From the NCBI GenBank assembly GCA_963845755.1, contig CAWJTV010000039.1, forward strand, positions 384,001-448,000: 64,000 nt of DNA, read 5' to 3'. This document shows positions 45,513 through 58,987 of this stretch, one piece after another. A program made the translations under genes and the position numbers. Source of the DNA: an uncultured Planctomycetota bacterium (lineage in GTDB: Bacteria; Planctomycetota; Planctomycetia; Isosphaerales; Isosphaeraceae). The notes under the pieces were generated by a model. The model saw only the letters and a list, made by a program, of their open reading frames with translations. It did no database searches and had not been told where the DNA came from. How positions within the stretch are numbered: position 1 is the stretch's first letter; each line of letters begins with the position of its first letter.

Positions 45513-46441
45513 ATGTTACCGTTTGACCTTCGCGAGCCTGTTAACGCCTGGAGTCACGGAGCCGGGATGATGATGGCCCTGCCCATCACCTGGTTTCTTT
45601 TGAGACAGTGCAACAAGGTCCATCCGTGCGGCCTCGAACGGCGTTGCCGCACGCCGGATCCGTGCTTACCGGCCGGGGGCACTTGCCGTCTGAAACGGCA
45701 TCAACGATTCAAGTTTCTGTCCTTGCTGGTCTTCGGCATCAGCCTCACGTTCTGCTACGCCGCCAGCGCGGTGTTCCATGCGGTCCCGCTCCAGGGCGAG
45801 GCACTGAGCCGGTTCCAGCGTCTGGACCACGTAGGAATCTTCCTGCTGATCGCCGGGACGTATACGCCGGTGGTGTATTCTCTGCTCCGTCGCCGATGGT
45901 TGTGGGGCACGCTCACGACCGTCTGGACGATCGCCCTGGTCTGTGCCGCGCGAGTCTGGTTCGAGGGGATCTTACCGATCTGGCTCTCGACCTCCGTCTA
46001 CTTGACGATGGGCTGGGGATCGATCTTTTGTTACCGGGAGCTGGCGCGAACCTACTCGCACCGCACGCTCCTGCCGCTGCCGCTGGGCGGGCTCTTTTAC
46101 ACGATCGGCGCCTTGATCAACCTGTGCGCTGGCCGATTCTGATTCCGGGCGTCTTCGCCTCCCACGAACTGTTCCATCTGTTCGTGATCGCCGGCAGTGC
46201 GTTCCATGTCTTTTTCATGATCGATGTGGTGATCCCGGCACCCTGGCCGGGCCTGGCGCCGATGCCGGTCCGATCGCGCCTGCGAGCCCCGTTGTTGCTC
46301 CGGTGGACGCGGGCCATGCTGAGTCGTCGCGTCCGGCGGTGGATGCTCCACGTCCTGCCGCATGCCCAGTGGCTCGACCGTCTGCTGGCTCCGGATCTGC
46401 TCGACCCCGTCCCCTCCGAGAGCCGCGCCAAGGTGGTGTAA
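45513..46441 (+). CDS. Hemolysin III/PAQR family membrane protein (indel near 46125)
   Basis: EPVNAWSHG, ASAVFH, RLDHVGIFLLIAGTYTP, GGLFYTIGA and HELFHLFVIAGSAFH. Confidence 0.9.
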
Positions 46442-46503
46442 TCGCGTGCCGCCCTGGCACCTCGGGAGAGACGCGTATGGCCGCGCCGCCTCCGCGATCT
46501 GAG

Positions 46504-47220
46504 TTACACCGTGACGGGGATCCGTTGCTCGCGGCAGGTGCGGTCGTAGGTCGCGTCCAGGTCAACGCGCAGACAAAACGAGCCTCGCAGCCATAGGGGC
46601 CGGCTCGGCAGCGACTCCCCGATCGCCAGGCGCTCGCGCCACATGTCGAGGCTGGGCTGACTTTCGCGGTCAACCGGCCGATAGGATGCGGCGCGATGGT
46701 CCGCGTCGAGGGATGTCGCCGCGTCCGTGCCGAGTCGCTTCAGCAACGCCTCGTGCCAGGGGAATCGACGCCCGGTCACGACGTGCACGATGGCCAGTCC
46801 TACCCCCTCCTGGAGATAGGCCGCGCACCTGGTGATGAAGGCATCGCGATGGTCGGGCCGATCCTTGTTCGCAGGGCTGACCAGCTCGATGGCTCCGGCC
46901 AGGGTCGGTCCCTCTTCACGGTCGAAAATCAGGACTTCCACGATGTCGCTGAGGAGAGGGAGGGGTATGGTTTGCGCCGGAGCCGGCACGATCCAACCAC
47001 CGGGGCCAGTGCCGGACAACGCCGGGTTCATCGCGAAATCTGCTTCCTCATAGTCAGCCACATCAATCTCGATACCGAATTGTACGTTCGGCTCGGCGAA
47101 GTAACCCTCGGGCAACTGGCGGTTCAAGTCCGACGAGAGGTAGGTCGCCCAGGCATTGTGAAAGGCGTGCCAGTGCCGTCGGGCACCGAGCGGCGGCCGG
47201 AAGTGATCTTGCAAAACCAC
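46504..47220 (-). CDS. DUF4058 family protein
   Basis: LQDHFRPPL...WHAFHNAW...LPEGYFAE, AIELVSPANKDRP and LPLWL-like ...VDLDATY; GAGGAGG RBS before GTG 47220. Confidence 0.82.
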   Translation of the reverse strand: MVLQDHFRPPLGARRHWHAFHNAWATYLSSDLNRQLPEGYFAEPNVQFGIEIDVADYEEADFAMNPALSGTGPGGWIVPAPAQTIPLPLLSDIVEVLIFDREEGPTLAGAIELVSPANKDRPDHRDAFITRCAAYLQEGVGLAIVHVVTGRRFPWHEALLKRLGTDAATSLDADHRAASYRPVDRESQPSLDMWRERLAIGESLPSRPLWLRGSFCLRVDLDATYDRTCREQRIPVTV

Positions 47221-47457
47221 GTGTCGCACCCTCCTCGCCATGATGCCGCTCCGACCACGGCGTTGCCTCTTATCTGTCGGATCGACGAACCATCGGCTAA
47301 GCCCAATGATATCGCCGCGGGTCGGCCGCGCGAAGGCAACGGGGCATGATCCGTCCGCCTTCATCGGGACTGGAAATCCCGACGGCTATGCCTTAGAATG
47401 GTCGTCCTCGCGGACTTTCGGATGTGAAGGTCTGCATATCCCATTTAAGGACCGGCC

Positions 47458-47955
47458 GTGATCTCTCGGACTGCGGAATACGCCCTCCGGGCGGTGGTGT
47501 TTCTCGGATGCCAGGCCGGTCGGCCGGCGACGACGCACCGGATCGCGGCCGGGACGAGGCTGCCGGCCGGCTACCTGGCCAAGGTCTTGCAGGCGTTGGG
47601 GCGAGCGGGGCTCGTCGATGCCCAGCGCGGGCTCAACGGCGGTTACGTGCTGGCCCGGCCGCTGGAGGAGCTCACGGTTCTCCATGTCGTCAATGCTGTG
47701 GACCCACTGCGGCGGATCGACCCGTGTCCTCCGGATCTGGCGGAGCATCAAGAGAGCCTGTACGCACTGCACAGGCGGCTCGACGAGGGGATGGCGTTGA
47801 TCGAGTCGTTCTTCGAGCAAACAACCGTCGGCCAGTTGCTCGCCCGGCAGGGCCCGAGTCCACAGCCGTTGTGCGCGGTCCTGACGCCGTCCGAGCTCGG
47901 TGAGATCGAGACCGCTTCCACCGCGGTGGCGTCAACGCCGCTGGACTTGCCCTGA
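47458..47955 (+). CDS. Rrf2 family transcriptional regulator
   Basis: SRTAEYALRAVVFL, YLAKVLQAL, RGLNGGYVLAR and TVLHVVNAVDP. Confidence 0.92.
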   Translation: MISRTAEYALRAVVFLGCQAGRPATTHRIAAGTRLPAGYLAKVLQALGRAGLVDAQRGLNGGYVLARPLEELTVLHVVNAVDPLRRIDPCPPDLAEHQESLYALHRRLDEGMALIESFFEQTTVGQLLARQGPSPQPLCAVLTPSELGEIETASTAVASTPLDLP

Positions 47956-48299
47956 GCCTTCCCCGATTCCCGCCATGATTGGTCCAGTGGCTCGGCTGTC
48001 GCCTCCAATCAGTCGAGCGTTGCCCCCCCATCGTAAGCGAGCTCCGGCCCCGGCTTCTCGAGAAACTCGTAACCGCCGCGAGGAATCCCCGCACTTATTA
48101 GTACCGGACCACGCTGAGGGACATGATCAGTCGGGTATGCCGTCGCCGCGATTCATCTTCGGCCATCAGGGTCGAGAACGCGGCCGTCGATCATGACGGT
48201 TGAAGGATGGCCCGGTTCAGGCATCCGCGCCTGAAACTCAGCGTTTCACAAATGTTTCTTCTTTGGACATCCTCTTTCCGACACAGAGGGAGAGTCAAC

Positions 48300-49032
48300 A
48301 TGCGCGCATCGAATCTGGAATTGGACGGGCCGATGTCGACGAGCGATCCGAACGGCGGCCAGGGCGATCCGGCCGCCCCGTCGCGACGTTCGTTCCTCAC
48401 CCGCGCCGCGGCGCGCCTCGGCCCTGGTCGTGCCGACCCTGACCCTGATCACCTCCCGGAAGGCTCGGGCGTCCGGCCCCAGGAGGCTGACCGGCCTGGC
48501 GGCCGAGTTGATCAACGAGGTTATGAGTGATGAGGACCAGCATGTCCCGATCATTCAAGGGCTCCTCGACGACCCGGACAACCCCTTGCCGGTTCCCATC
48601 CGGCAGCCGCCGAATTTCAACCGGAAGCGACTGCTGCAACCGAACTTGCAGGCCTTCCTCGAGACGGCGTCGGCGTTCGAGAACACGGGCTCGGGGCTCT
48701 ATCACGGGGCCTTACTCAACGTCACGCAGACCCAGGAGTATTTCCCGATCGCGGCGGGCCTGGCCGCCGTGGAATCTCGCCACGCCTCGTGGCTCAACTC
48801 ACTCCTGGGTGAATCCCTCGTGCCGGATTTCGCCCCGGTCGAGGCGCCGATTCCCCAGTCGACCGTGCTTTCGCGCGTCGCAGAATTCGTCACCGATCCC
48901 CGGTCCACGTTCCCTGCCTTTGACACGACGGTCGTGACCGACGCGAACAACTTCTTCATCCTCGATTTCGTCCTGTTCCTCGAGTACATCGAGTCGGAAT
49001 TCTACGATTTGAACGTACCAAGGTTCACCTGA
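48300..49032 (+). CDS. Tat-exported ferritin-like (Ferritin_2-type) di-iron protein (indel near 48415)
   Basis: SRRSFL Tat motif; DEDQH, FENTGSGLYHGA, VESRHA and C-terminal ILDFVLFLEYIESEFY. Confidence 0.8.
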
Positions 49033-49083
49033 TGGGAACGAACTGCCACCAAGGACACCGTCCGATCACGGCGTCCGGACCTT

Positions 49084-49143
49084 GTAGGGCGGGTGAATCC
49101 CAGCAGGAGCGGGCCTCGTCTTGGTGAGTTTCACCCAACCGAC
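49084..49143. repeat. REP-like palindrome (degenerate)
   Basis: GTAGGGCGGGTGAATCCCAGC ... GGTGAGTTTCACCCAACCGAC. Confidence 0.6.
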
Positions 49144-49525
49144 TCGGTCCTCGGATCGTCTTCAGGGCCCATCGAGGATGTCGCTGACGTCCTGGCGACC
49201 CGTGGCATCCCGGGGCGAGCGAACCTCGGGATGTCATGAGTTCCTGGCATCTGCCTTCAGCAAACCGGCTCACCTCCGATCCCGCCGGTCGGTCGGAGCC
49301 CTACCATCGGCCAACGGGTGCGCGGGACGAACAATTCCTCAAGTCCCTCCAAGACAGAGACCTGCGCGATCAGAGCCGGGATCCTTCGCAAGGTCATCGG
49401 TCTCGGCGCACTTTACCGGACGCTTCCAATCCGCCCTCTGGCTCGCGACTTGCAGGCATGACGCGTTGCTCATCCCTCAACCGTTCGATTAAGCTGGGGG
49501 CAGAGAAGGAGGTCCGCGTTTGATC

Positions 49526-50573
49526 ATGAAGCACTGTGGTCGTGTGGTTGCGGTCGTCACGGGATCCTGGGCACCGGCGCTGGTCGTGATCCTGAGTTTG
49601 GGATGGCTCGGGTTCGGACCGTTGGCAGGAATCGCGGTGTGCGCGCCAGGGGACCGGCGATGGTCCCACTGCGACGACCGAGGGCCCGGGCCGCATCAGC
49701 CCTCGTGCTACGGGCGGCGCCGATGAGGCTGGTACGATGTCGGGAGGCGAATCCGACGGCCAGGGCCGCCCGACTCGGCTCGATCCCAACGGGACCTTCC
49801 TGAGCTGGATGATCCGCGCATCCGGCCCGATCGGCCTGGTCATCGCGTTGATGTCGTTCTACCTGATCGCGCTGATCGTCTGGATGGCCTTGAACTATCG
49901 CGCACCGGTCGCCGTGCCCGGCGAGGTGGTGCACGAGGTCCAGGGCTTGCTGGAAAAATCGAAGTACAACGAGGCCTATCAACTCCTGATGGAAGACTCG
50001 TCGTTCCTGGCACGGGTGCTCTCCGCCGGGGTGCGCAAGCTCGCGGCGGGCCTGGTCCCGGCGCAGCGCGCCATGGAGCTGGCCAACGAAGACGCCACCA
50101 TGGAGATGGAGCATCGCACCACGTACCTGGCCACCGTGGGAACGCTTGGGCCGATGATCGGGTTGGTCGGGACGGTCTATGGGATGATCCTTTCGTTCCG
50201 TGTCATCGCCGTTGAGGGCTCCTCACCGCAGGCCAGCCAGCTTGCCGAGGGGATCTCGACGGCACTTTTCGCCACGCTCGAAGGGATCGCGCTGTCGATC
50301 CCGGCGATTTATTTCTATGCGTTGTTCCGGAACCGAATTGCGCGGCTGTCGCTGGAGGTCGGAATGACCGCCGAGATGCTCCTGGAGCAGTTCGCGCCCG
50401 GCGTGCGGATGTCGTCGCCGTCCGCCGGCGCCGCAACCGGCCCGGTCCCCTCGTCAACCCCTCCGGCGCACGCCCATCCGTTCGCCGTCAGCGCGGCCCT
50501 GGCCGCGGCCTCGACCCACGCCAATCGCCCGGCCTTGCCGCCGACGGCTCCGGCCCCGGACCGCGACGCTTGA
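49526..50573 (+). CDS. MotA/TolQ/ExbB proton-channel family protein (indel in N-terminal part)
   Basis: YLATVGTLGPMIGLVGTVYGMILSF and LAEGISTALFATLEGIALSIPA. Confidence 0.92.
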
Positions 50574-50576
50574 TAG

Positions 50577-51073
50577 ATGGAGACCGACCGCCTCATGCCG
50601 CGCCGCCATCGAAGGGCCGCTTCGTCCGTGGCCAATCCCAACCTGACGCCGCTCCTGGACGTGGTGCTCCAGCTCATCACGTTCTTCATGATGCTGGTGC
50701 ACTTCGGCGCGCGGCTAGAGGGCTCGACCCGACTGGTGCGGCTGCCGCTGGCCCCGGCGGCGCTGCCGGGCTCCGACCTGACGTTCGACCGACTCTCGGT
50801 GATCCTCGACGCCCAGGGGCGGCTGCGGGTGGGCGGCCAATCGCTGGGGGAGGCCGACGCCAATGCGTGGTGGGCCCAGCAGGCCAAGTCGCGGCGCTCG
50901 GGGCTCGAGGACCTGGGCGAACGCGGTGCCGCCGCCGAGAACCTGCCGACGGTCGTGATCGTCTGGGCCGATCGGGCCGTCTCGTACGGCGCGGTCCGCC
51001 GCACCCTGGTCGTGGCCCAGGAACAAGGGTTCGCCCACTTCAGCCTGGTGGTCCTTCGGAGTCGCGGCAATGA
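50577..51073 (+). CDS. ExbD/TolR family protein
   Basis: NLTPLLDVVLQLITFFM and VIVWADRAVSYGAV. The true stop is probably 51073 (ATGA overlap); the run-on to 51194 is likely an indel. Confidence 0.85.
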
Positions 51074-51699
51074 GCACGGGGGCCGGTCTGGGGATGGGGT
51101 TGTTCTTGTCCGGGCCCGAGGCGGAGCCGACCACCGTCCGGACCGAGGCGATCGACGCCGAGTCGCCCCCCGCGCGGCGCTATCGGCCCGGTAGTCCGGA
51201 GGAGGTCGCCTTCCCCGTGACGCCGATGCTCGATATGGCCTTCCAGCTCCTGGCCTTCTTCATCCTGACCTTCAAGGCGCCGTCGGCCGAGACTCACATC
51301 GACCTCGACCTCCCCGCGACGCCCGCCGCCTTGCCCACCGCGGTGGAGGGCCGCGCCCGGCCCCGTACGTCCCGGACCGTCGATACCGACCTGGAGAACG
51401 ACTTGCTCGTCCGCGCCCAGGCCGATGACCTTGGCGACCTCAAGACCATCCGGCTCGGCGAGAATGGCCTGCCGGACCTGCCCACACTCGGCCAGCGCCT
51501 CCGCGACTACAAAAAGCTCCTCGAAGGCCGGCCGCTCCGCGTCCGACTCGTCGCCGACGATCGCCTCCGCTACGAACCGGCCGCCCAGATCATCGCCACC
51601 TGCTCCGCCGCCGGCGTCTCCGCGATCCGTCTGGCACCCCCCGGCGCCACGCCGGAGCTGCCGAGGAATTCGCCGGCAACCAAGAATGGACGCGAATGA
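51070..51699 (+). CDS. Second ExbD/TolR family protein
   Basis: VTPMLDMAFQLLAFFILTF and VRLVADDRLRYE. Confidence 0.88.
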   Translation: MSTGAGLGMGLFLSGPEAEPTTVRTEAIDAESPPARRYRPGSPEEVAFPVTPMLDMAFQLLAFFILTFKAPSAETHIDLDLPATPAALPTAVEGRARPRTSRTVDTDLENDLLVRAQADDLGDLKTIRLGENGLPDLPTLGQRLRDYKKLLEGRPLRVRLVADDRLRYEPAAQIIATCSAAGVSAIRLAPPGATPELPRNSPATKNGRE

Positions 51700-52653
51700 A
51701 TGAATACCGGTCACGCGAATGACGCCGATCCGCCCCGCCGAACTCGAGCCAGGAGCATGGCAAACACTCTCCGCAACCTCACCGCCATCCTGGTAATGAT
51801 CTCGCTCGGACTCTCGGCCCAAGTTGGATCGTCGCACGCCGAGGATCCGGGACAGGACGATGAATTGAGCCTGGCCGACCTCACGGCCTATCGCGCCGCG
51901 CTCTCGGGCAAGGCGACCGCCGACGATGCCCGACCGGCGGACCCCTCCGCGCGCGTCGGCTTCCGGGAGCTGTGGGAACGTTCCGATGCCCATCGCGGTC
52001 GTCGCGTGACGATCCAGGGGCGGGTCGAGCGGATCTTCCGGCAAGGACCGGTCGGCAGCTTCCCTCCACTGGTCCAGGTCTGGGTCTACTCGCCGGCCGG
52101 CGACCCGTTCTGCCTGGTGTTCCCGAGGCCGACGGACCCGACCACTCCGGACCCGGATCCGGAACATCGCACGGTCTCCCAGCCCGTGGACCGGCGCGGC
52201 GAGGATGCTCCGCCGCCGCCGACGGCCATCCCCGACCCGGGTCAAACGGTTCATTTCACGGGGACATTCTTGAAGATGGTCCGCTACGCAGCGGGGGACG
52301 GTCCCCGGCTGGCCCCGTTGATTGTGGGAGACCGCCCGCCAGCGGCGCGGGGCGCGGGGCTCCCGGCGGCGCCCAGGGCGGCCAAGCCCGGCTCCCCATC
52401 CGCCTCGACCCAGATTTTCCGCGCCATCGGAGGCCAGGGCCCCGGCGCCTCCGCCCCCGTTCCCTGGGCCTGGTCGTCGACAAGCTGGGGGCTGGGCCTG
52501 ACGCTCGCGGTCGTCGCGGGGAGCATCCTCGCCTGGCAGCATCTCCGAGGCGCCCAGCTCCGCGCCCGCTCCGCCATGCGAAATCGGCGCCTGGACCCCG
52601 AGTTGGCCAGTCCCCCGTCTTTTCTCGATACGACGCAGGAGTCTCGCGTATAG
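51700..52653 (+). CDS. Hypothetical membrane-anchored protein
   Basis: Signal peptide, HRGRRVTIQGRV and VHFTGTFLKMVRY blocks and a C-terminal TM; abuts the exbD stop. Confidence 0.7.
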   Translation: MNTGHANDADPPRRTRARSMANTLRNLTAILVMISLGLSAQVGSSHAEDPGQDDELSLADLTAYRAALSGKATADDARPADPSARVGFRELWERSDAHRGRRVTIQGRVERIFRQGPVGSFPPLVQVWVYSPAGDPFCLVFPRPTDPTTPDPDPEHRTVSQPVDRRGEDAPPPPTAIPDPGQTVHFTGTFLKMVRYAAGDGPRLAPLIVGDRPPAARGAGLPAAPRAAKPGSPSASTQIFRAIGGQGPGASAPVPWAWSSTSWGLGLTLAVVAGSILAWQHLRGAQLRARSAMRNRRLDPELASPPSFLDTTQESRV

Positions 52654-52706
52654 AATACCGTAAGGCACAGGGGTCGATCCTGGTAAAGTCGATTGGCGGC
52701 GGATCG

Positions 52707-52764
52707 GTAGGGTGGGTACAACCCACCATTCGGCATGGGCTCCGGTGGATTGCACCCACCCTGC
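52707..52764. repeat. REP-like palindrome
   Basis: GTAGGGTGGGTACAACCCACC ... GGTGGATTGCACCCACCCTGC. Confidence 0.75.
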
Positions 52765-52816
52765 CATCGAATGCGATACAAACCGACCCCGAAAGCACTC
52801 ATCCCTCCAGAACAGG

Positions 52817-53869
52817 ATGATTTCCATGTCCCGAGACCAGGATTCGTTCGCGGTCGGTGAGTCGCCGCTGACCGACCTGCGCTCGTTGCTCGGCTCGGTG
52901 TTGGTGCACGGTCTCATCTTGCTGCTCGCGTGGCGGGCGGTCCGGAGCGCCGCGGGGCCGCCGGCGGCGGAGACCAGTGCACGGGCGATTCGTGCCGAAC
53001 TGGATCCGGTGGACAACCGGGCCGATGTGCCGCAGGTCGCCGGAGAAGGCGGGGGGAGTCCGGGGGATGTCGGGGGGCTCAACAAGTTCGCGATGAGCTC
53101 GCCGGATGACCGGACCAGCAGCGCCCAGGCGGATCGTGATCCGGTCGCCGACGCGCTGTTGACGGAGATCTTACCCAGCGCACCGCGGGGTCCCGAGATG
53201 CACGAGGGTGCCTTGCCGGGCCCGCAGACGACCGGCGAGGGCATCATTCCCGGCTCGGGGTCGGGGGGTGGCGGGGGTTCCGGCGGCGGTACGGGTACCG
53301 GCGTCGGACACGGCATCGGGCCCGGCACCCAGTTCTTCGGTGCCCGCGACCACGCCCATTCCTTCGCGTACGTCATCGACTGCTCCGGCAGCATGGCCTC
53401 TCGAAACTCGCTGGAGGTCGCCAAACGCGAGCTGCTGGCGAGCCTCAATCAGCTCCCCCCCGACGCTGAATTCAGCGTGATCTTTTACAGCCTCACGGCC
53501 ACAATGCTCACCGATACCAACGGCCGCAGGGGACTGATGAGTGCGACCTCCACCAACAAGACCCGGGTGCGAACTCAGCTCGCGACCATCAATCCCGACG
53601 GCGGGACCGACCACATGGCCGCCCTGCGCACTGCGCTGGCCCTCAAGCCCGAGGTCGTCTTCTTCCTGACCGATGCCGACCTGATGACCAACGGCGACGT
53701 CAACGAGATCCTCACCGAGGTCGGCACGACCCGGCTCCAGGCCGTGGAATTCGGCCACGGACCTCCCATGGCCCAGCGGTCCCCCTTGCATCGCCTGGCC
53801 AATACTACCGGCGGCTCCTACTTCTACATCGACGTCACACGCTTCCCCAGGACCGAGCGGGGATTCTGA
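52817..53869 (+). CDS. Membrane-anchored von Willebrand factor A domain protein
   Basis: SVLVHGLILLLA TM, Gly-rich linker, MIDAS YVIDCSGSM, GGTD and FFLTD. Confidence 0.88.
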   Translation: MISMSRDQDSFAVGESPLTDLRSLLGSVLVHGLILLLAWRAVRSAAGPPAAETSARAIRAELDPVDNRADVPQVAGEGGGSPGDVGGLNKFAMSSPDDRTSSAQADRDPVADALLTEILPSAPRGPEMHEGALPGPQTTGEGIIPGSGSGGGGGSGGGTGTGVGHGIGPGTQFFGARDHAHSFAYVIDCSGSMASRNSLEVAKRELLASLNQLPPDAEFSVIFYSLTATMLTDTNGRRGLMSATSTNKTRVRTQLATINPDGGTDHMAALRTALALKPEVVFFLTDADLMTNGDVNEILTEVGTTRLQAVEFGHGPPMAQRSPLHRLANTTGGSYFYIDVTRFPRTERGF

Positions 53870-54605
53870 GCGAGAGCGCCCAGGACCGACCGCACGGCGA
53901 GTCGAGCGTGGCCACGATCGGTCCGGCGATTCCTCGAGCCAGGCCTCAGGACGTCCAAGCTCGCATGGTCGCGAGCGATCCACGACTGGGTCCATAACGA
54001 ACGGGTGCCGCGGTGGAATGCCGCGTCCGGAAAAGAAAATGTGGAAGACGCAAAGACGGACCAGGGACCACTGACCACTACCCAAGCGTCAGGCGGTTGT
54101 GTTTAATCGCTTGGGAAAAAAGCGGGGTCTGCGATTCGGATCGGGAAACCCATCCGGGTCTGGGACGTGCCCGAGTGGACCGGCGCCGGGGGCGAGGGTG
54201 ATGGCGCCCGCGCCAGAATCCGCGCGTCGGTCAGACCGTCGGAGTCGGACCGACCGGTCGAACCGGCCTCCGGCCCCGCGGACCGTGAACGTCGTCAGTA
54301 CTGGCCCGTTGGCGAGTGCCGACCGGTGGAGGGACGGCGTCCCGTTCTCCGATCGGGCCTTCGTCGAGCGGGGCGGGTGACACGGACACAACGTCAAGCG
54401 GAGTCATCACTTCGGCGATGTCGATCTGTTTGCCGTTTCCCGATCGCTCGATCTCGAACCGACCGGTTCTCTCTCATCACAACCAATCTCGAGGATTCCG
54501 TAGGTGCTCTGCGAGCCCCCGACCCCCGTCGCGGTGCTCGTGGCGTTCCCGACAACCGCTGTCTACCCAGACCGAAAAAAAACCTTGAATCAGGAGACAA
54601 GGATC

Positions 54606-57395
<2,790 letters not shown>

Positions 57396-57404
57396 GCGGC
57401 AAGC

Positions 57405-57617
57405 GGGAATCCGGAATCTCGAATCGGGAATCTGTTGAGCTCGAACACGCCTCCTTGGGACGGCCCCACCGTCCCCGGGAGGCGTTTCTTCTTCCCGTTC
57501 GAACCGAAAGCCTCCCTCGGACGGCTTGGGGCCTTCTCGCCGGCGAGGGCGACCGGTATAACCAAAGTCAACCGATTCCCGGTTCCCGACAACACCCCGG
57601 AATCGCGAATCCGGGAT
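57405..57617. repeat. Heptamer repeat blocks (GGAATCC/CGAATCG family)
   Basis: GGGAATCCGGAATCTCGAATCGGGAATCT right after the hppA stop, and GATTCCCGGTTCCCG...CGGAATCGCGAATCCGGGATC near 57575-57617. Confidence 0.7.
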
Positions 57618-57656
57618 CGTGACGGATCGACGGCTTCTCCCTGGGGACGATGACTC

Positions 57657-58569
57657 ATGCCCACGACGATGGCGACGACGACCGCAGCGACGTCCACGGC
57701 CCCTGAGGGCGATCGAGGCGCCCCGATCACCCCGATCCCGCGCCGGCCGCTGGGCCGCACGGGCCACGAGGTGACCCAGTTCGCGCTCGGGGGCGAGGGC
57801 GTGCTCCGGACTCATGGCCGGATGGCCGAGGCGGTGGCTGTGATCCACCGGGCGCTGGACCAGGGTGTGAACTACTGCGACACGGCGCCAGCCTACGCGG
57901 GGAGCCTCGACTACTATGGCGCCGCGCTGGGCGAGCGTCGCCGCGATGTGTTCCTCGCGTCCAAGACGCACGATCGCACCCGCGACGGCTCGCTCCGGCT
58001 GCTGGAGGAGAGCCTGAACCGGCTGCACACCGACCACCTGGACCTCTGGCAGCTCCATGACCTGCGCACACCCGGCGACCTGAGCGCGATCTTCGGCCGC
58101 GGCGGGGCCCTCGAGGCGCTCGTCCAGGCGCGCGAGGAGGGGCGCGTCCGGTTCCTGGGCCTGACCGGCCACCACGATCCGGCCATCCTGCTCGAGGCGA
58201 TGGGCCGGTTCGACTTCGATACCGTGCTGATGGCCCTCAATGCGGCCGACGTCCACCGGCTGTCGTTCGCCCGTAGCGTGCTGGTCGAGGCGGTGCGCAA
58301 GGGGATGGGCGTCATCGGCATGAAGGTCTACGCCGCCGGGAACCTGGTCCGGGCCGGCGCAGGGCCTGGCGCCGGCCGAGGCCATGGGGTATGTCCTCAG
58401 CCTGGCCGGGGTCTCGACCGTCGTCATCGGCTGCTCCAGCCCGGCTGAGGTTGACCAGAACGCGGAGATCGCCCGCGCGTTCCGGCCCTTCGACGAGCCG
58501 GCACGCGGCGCGCTCGAACAACGCACGGGCCGACACGCGGGGGTATTCACCTCCTACAAGCGGCCGTAG
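57657..58569 (+). CDS. Aldo/keto reductase (indel near 58360)
   Basis: RRPLGRTG, GVNYCDTAPAY, FLASKT, SLNRLHTDHLDLWQLH, VRFLGLTGH and GVIGMK. Confidence 0.92.
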
Positions 58570-58987
58570 GCGACCGGCCGGAATTCCCCAACGCCCGACG
58601 GGGTTCATGGCCACCCCCGCCCGACACACCCCGCGTGAGACGGCGACGGGTGCCGGCGCGAGAACGATGCCCCCGATCCCCCCACGGTCGGGTCGGCTCG
58701 GTCTTCGCACCGCGAGGGGTTCGAGTGCATTCTCGTACATGAGTCGCCTTCGATTAAATCCATGCAATCTGGAATTCATGCGCTACAACTCAGATGGTTC
58801 CCCGGCATTCTGGCAACGCGGAATGGCGTCATGCCTGACGCGGGACTGTCGTCTCGGGAGGACGCGGCCGCGCGGGTTGTCCCGATCGAGATAGATTTGC
58901 AGGCTGAAGTGATTAGCGGTTTTTCGCTGACTAGGCTGATCTTGCTGATTTGTGAGGATTCATAGATTGGGGAAGCTGTATCGGCAG

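Noticed and set aside
53870..54605. Possible riboswitch in the ~730-nt region upstream of hppA
   Set aside because: No aptamer consensus I can recognise; an Rfam scan would be needed.
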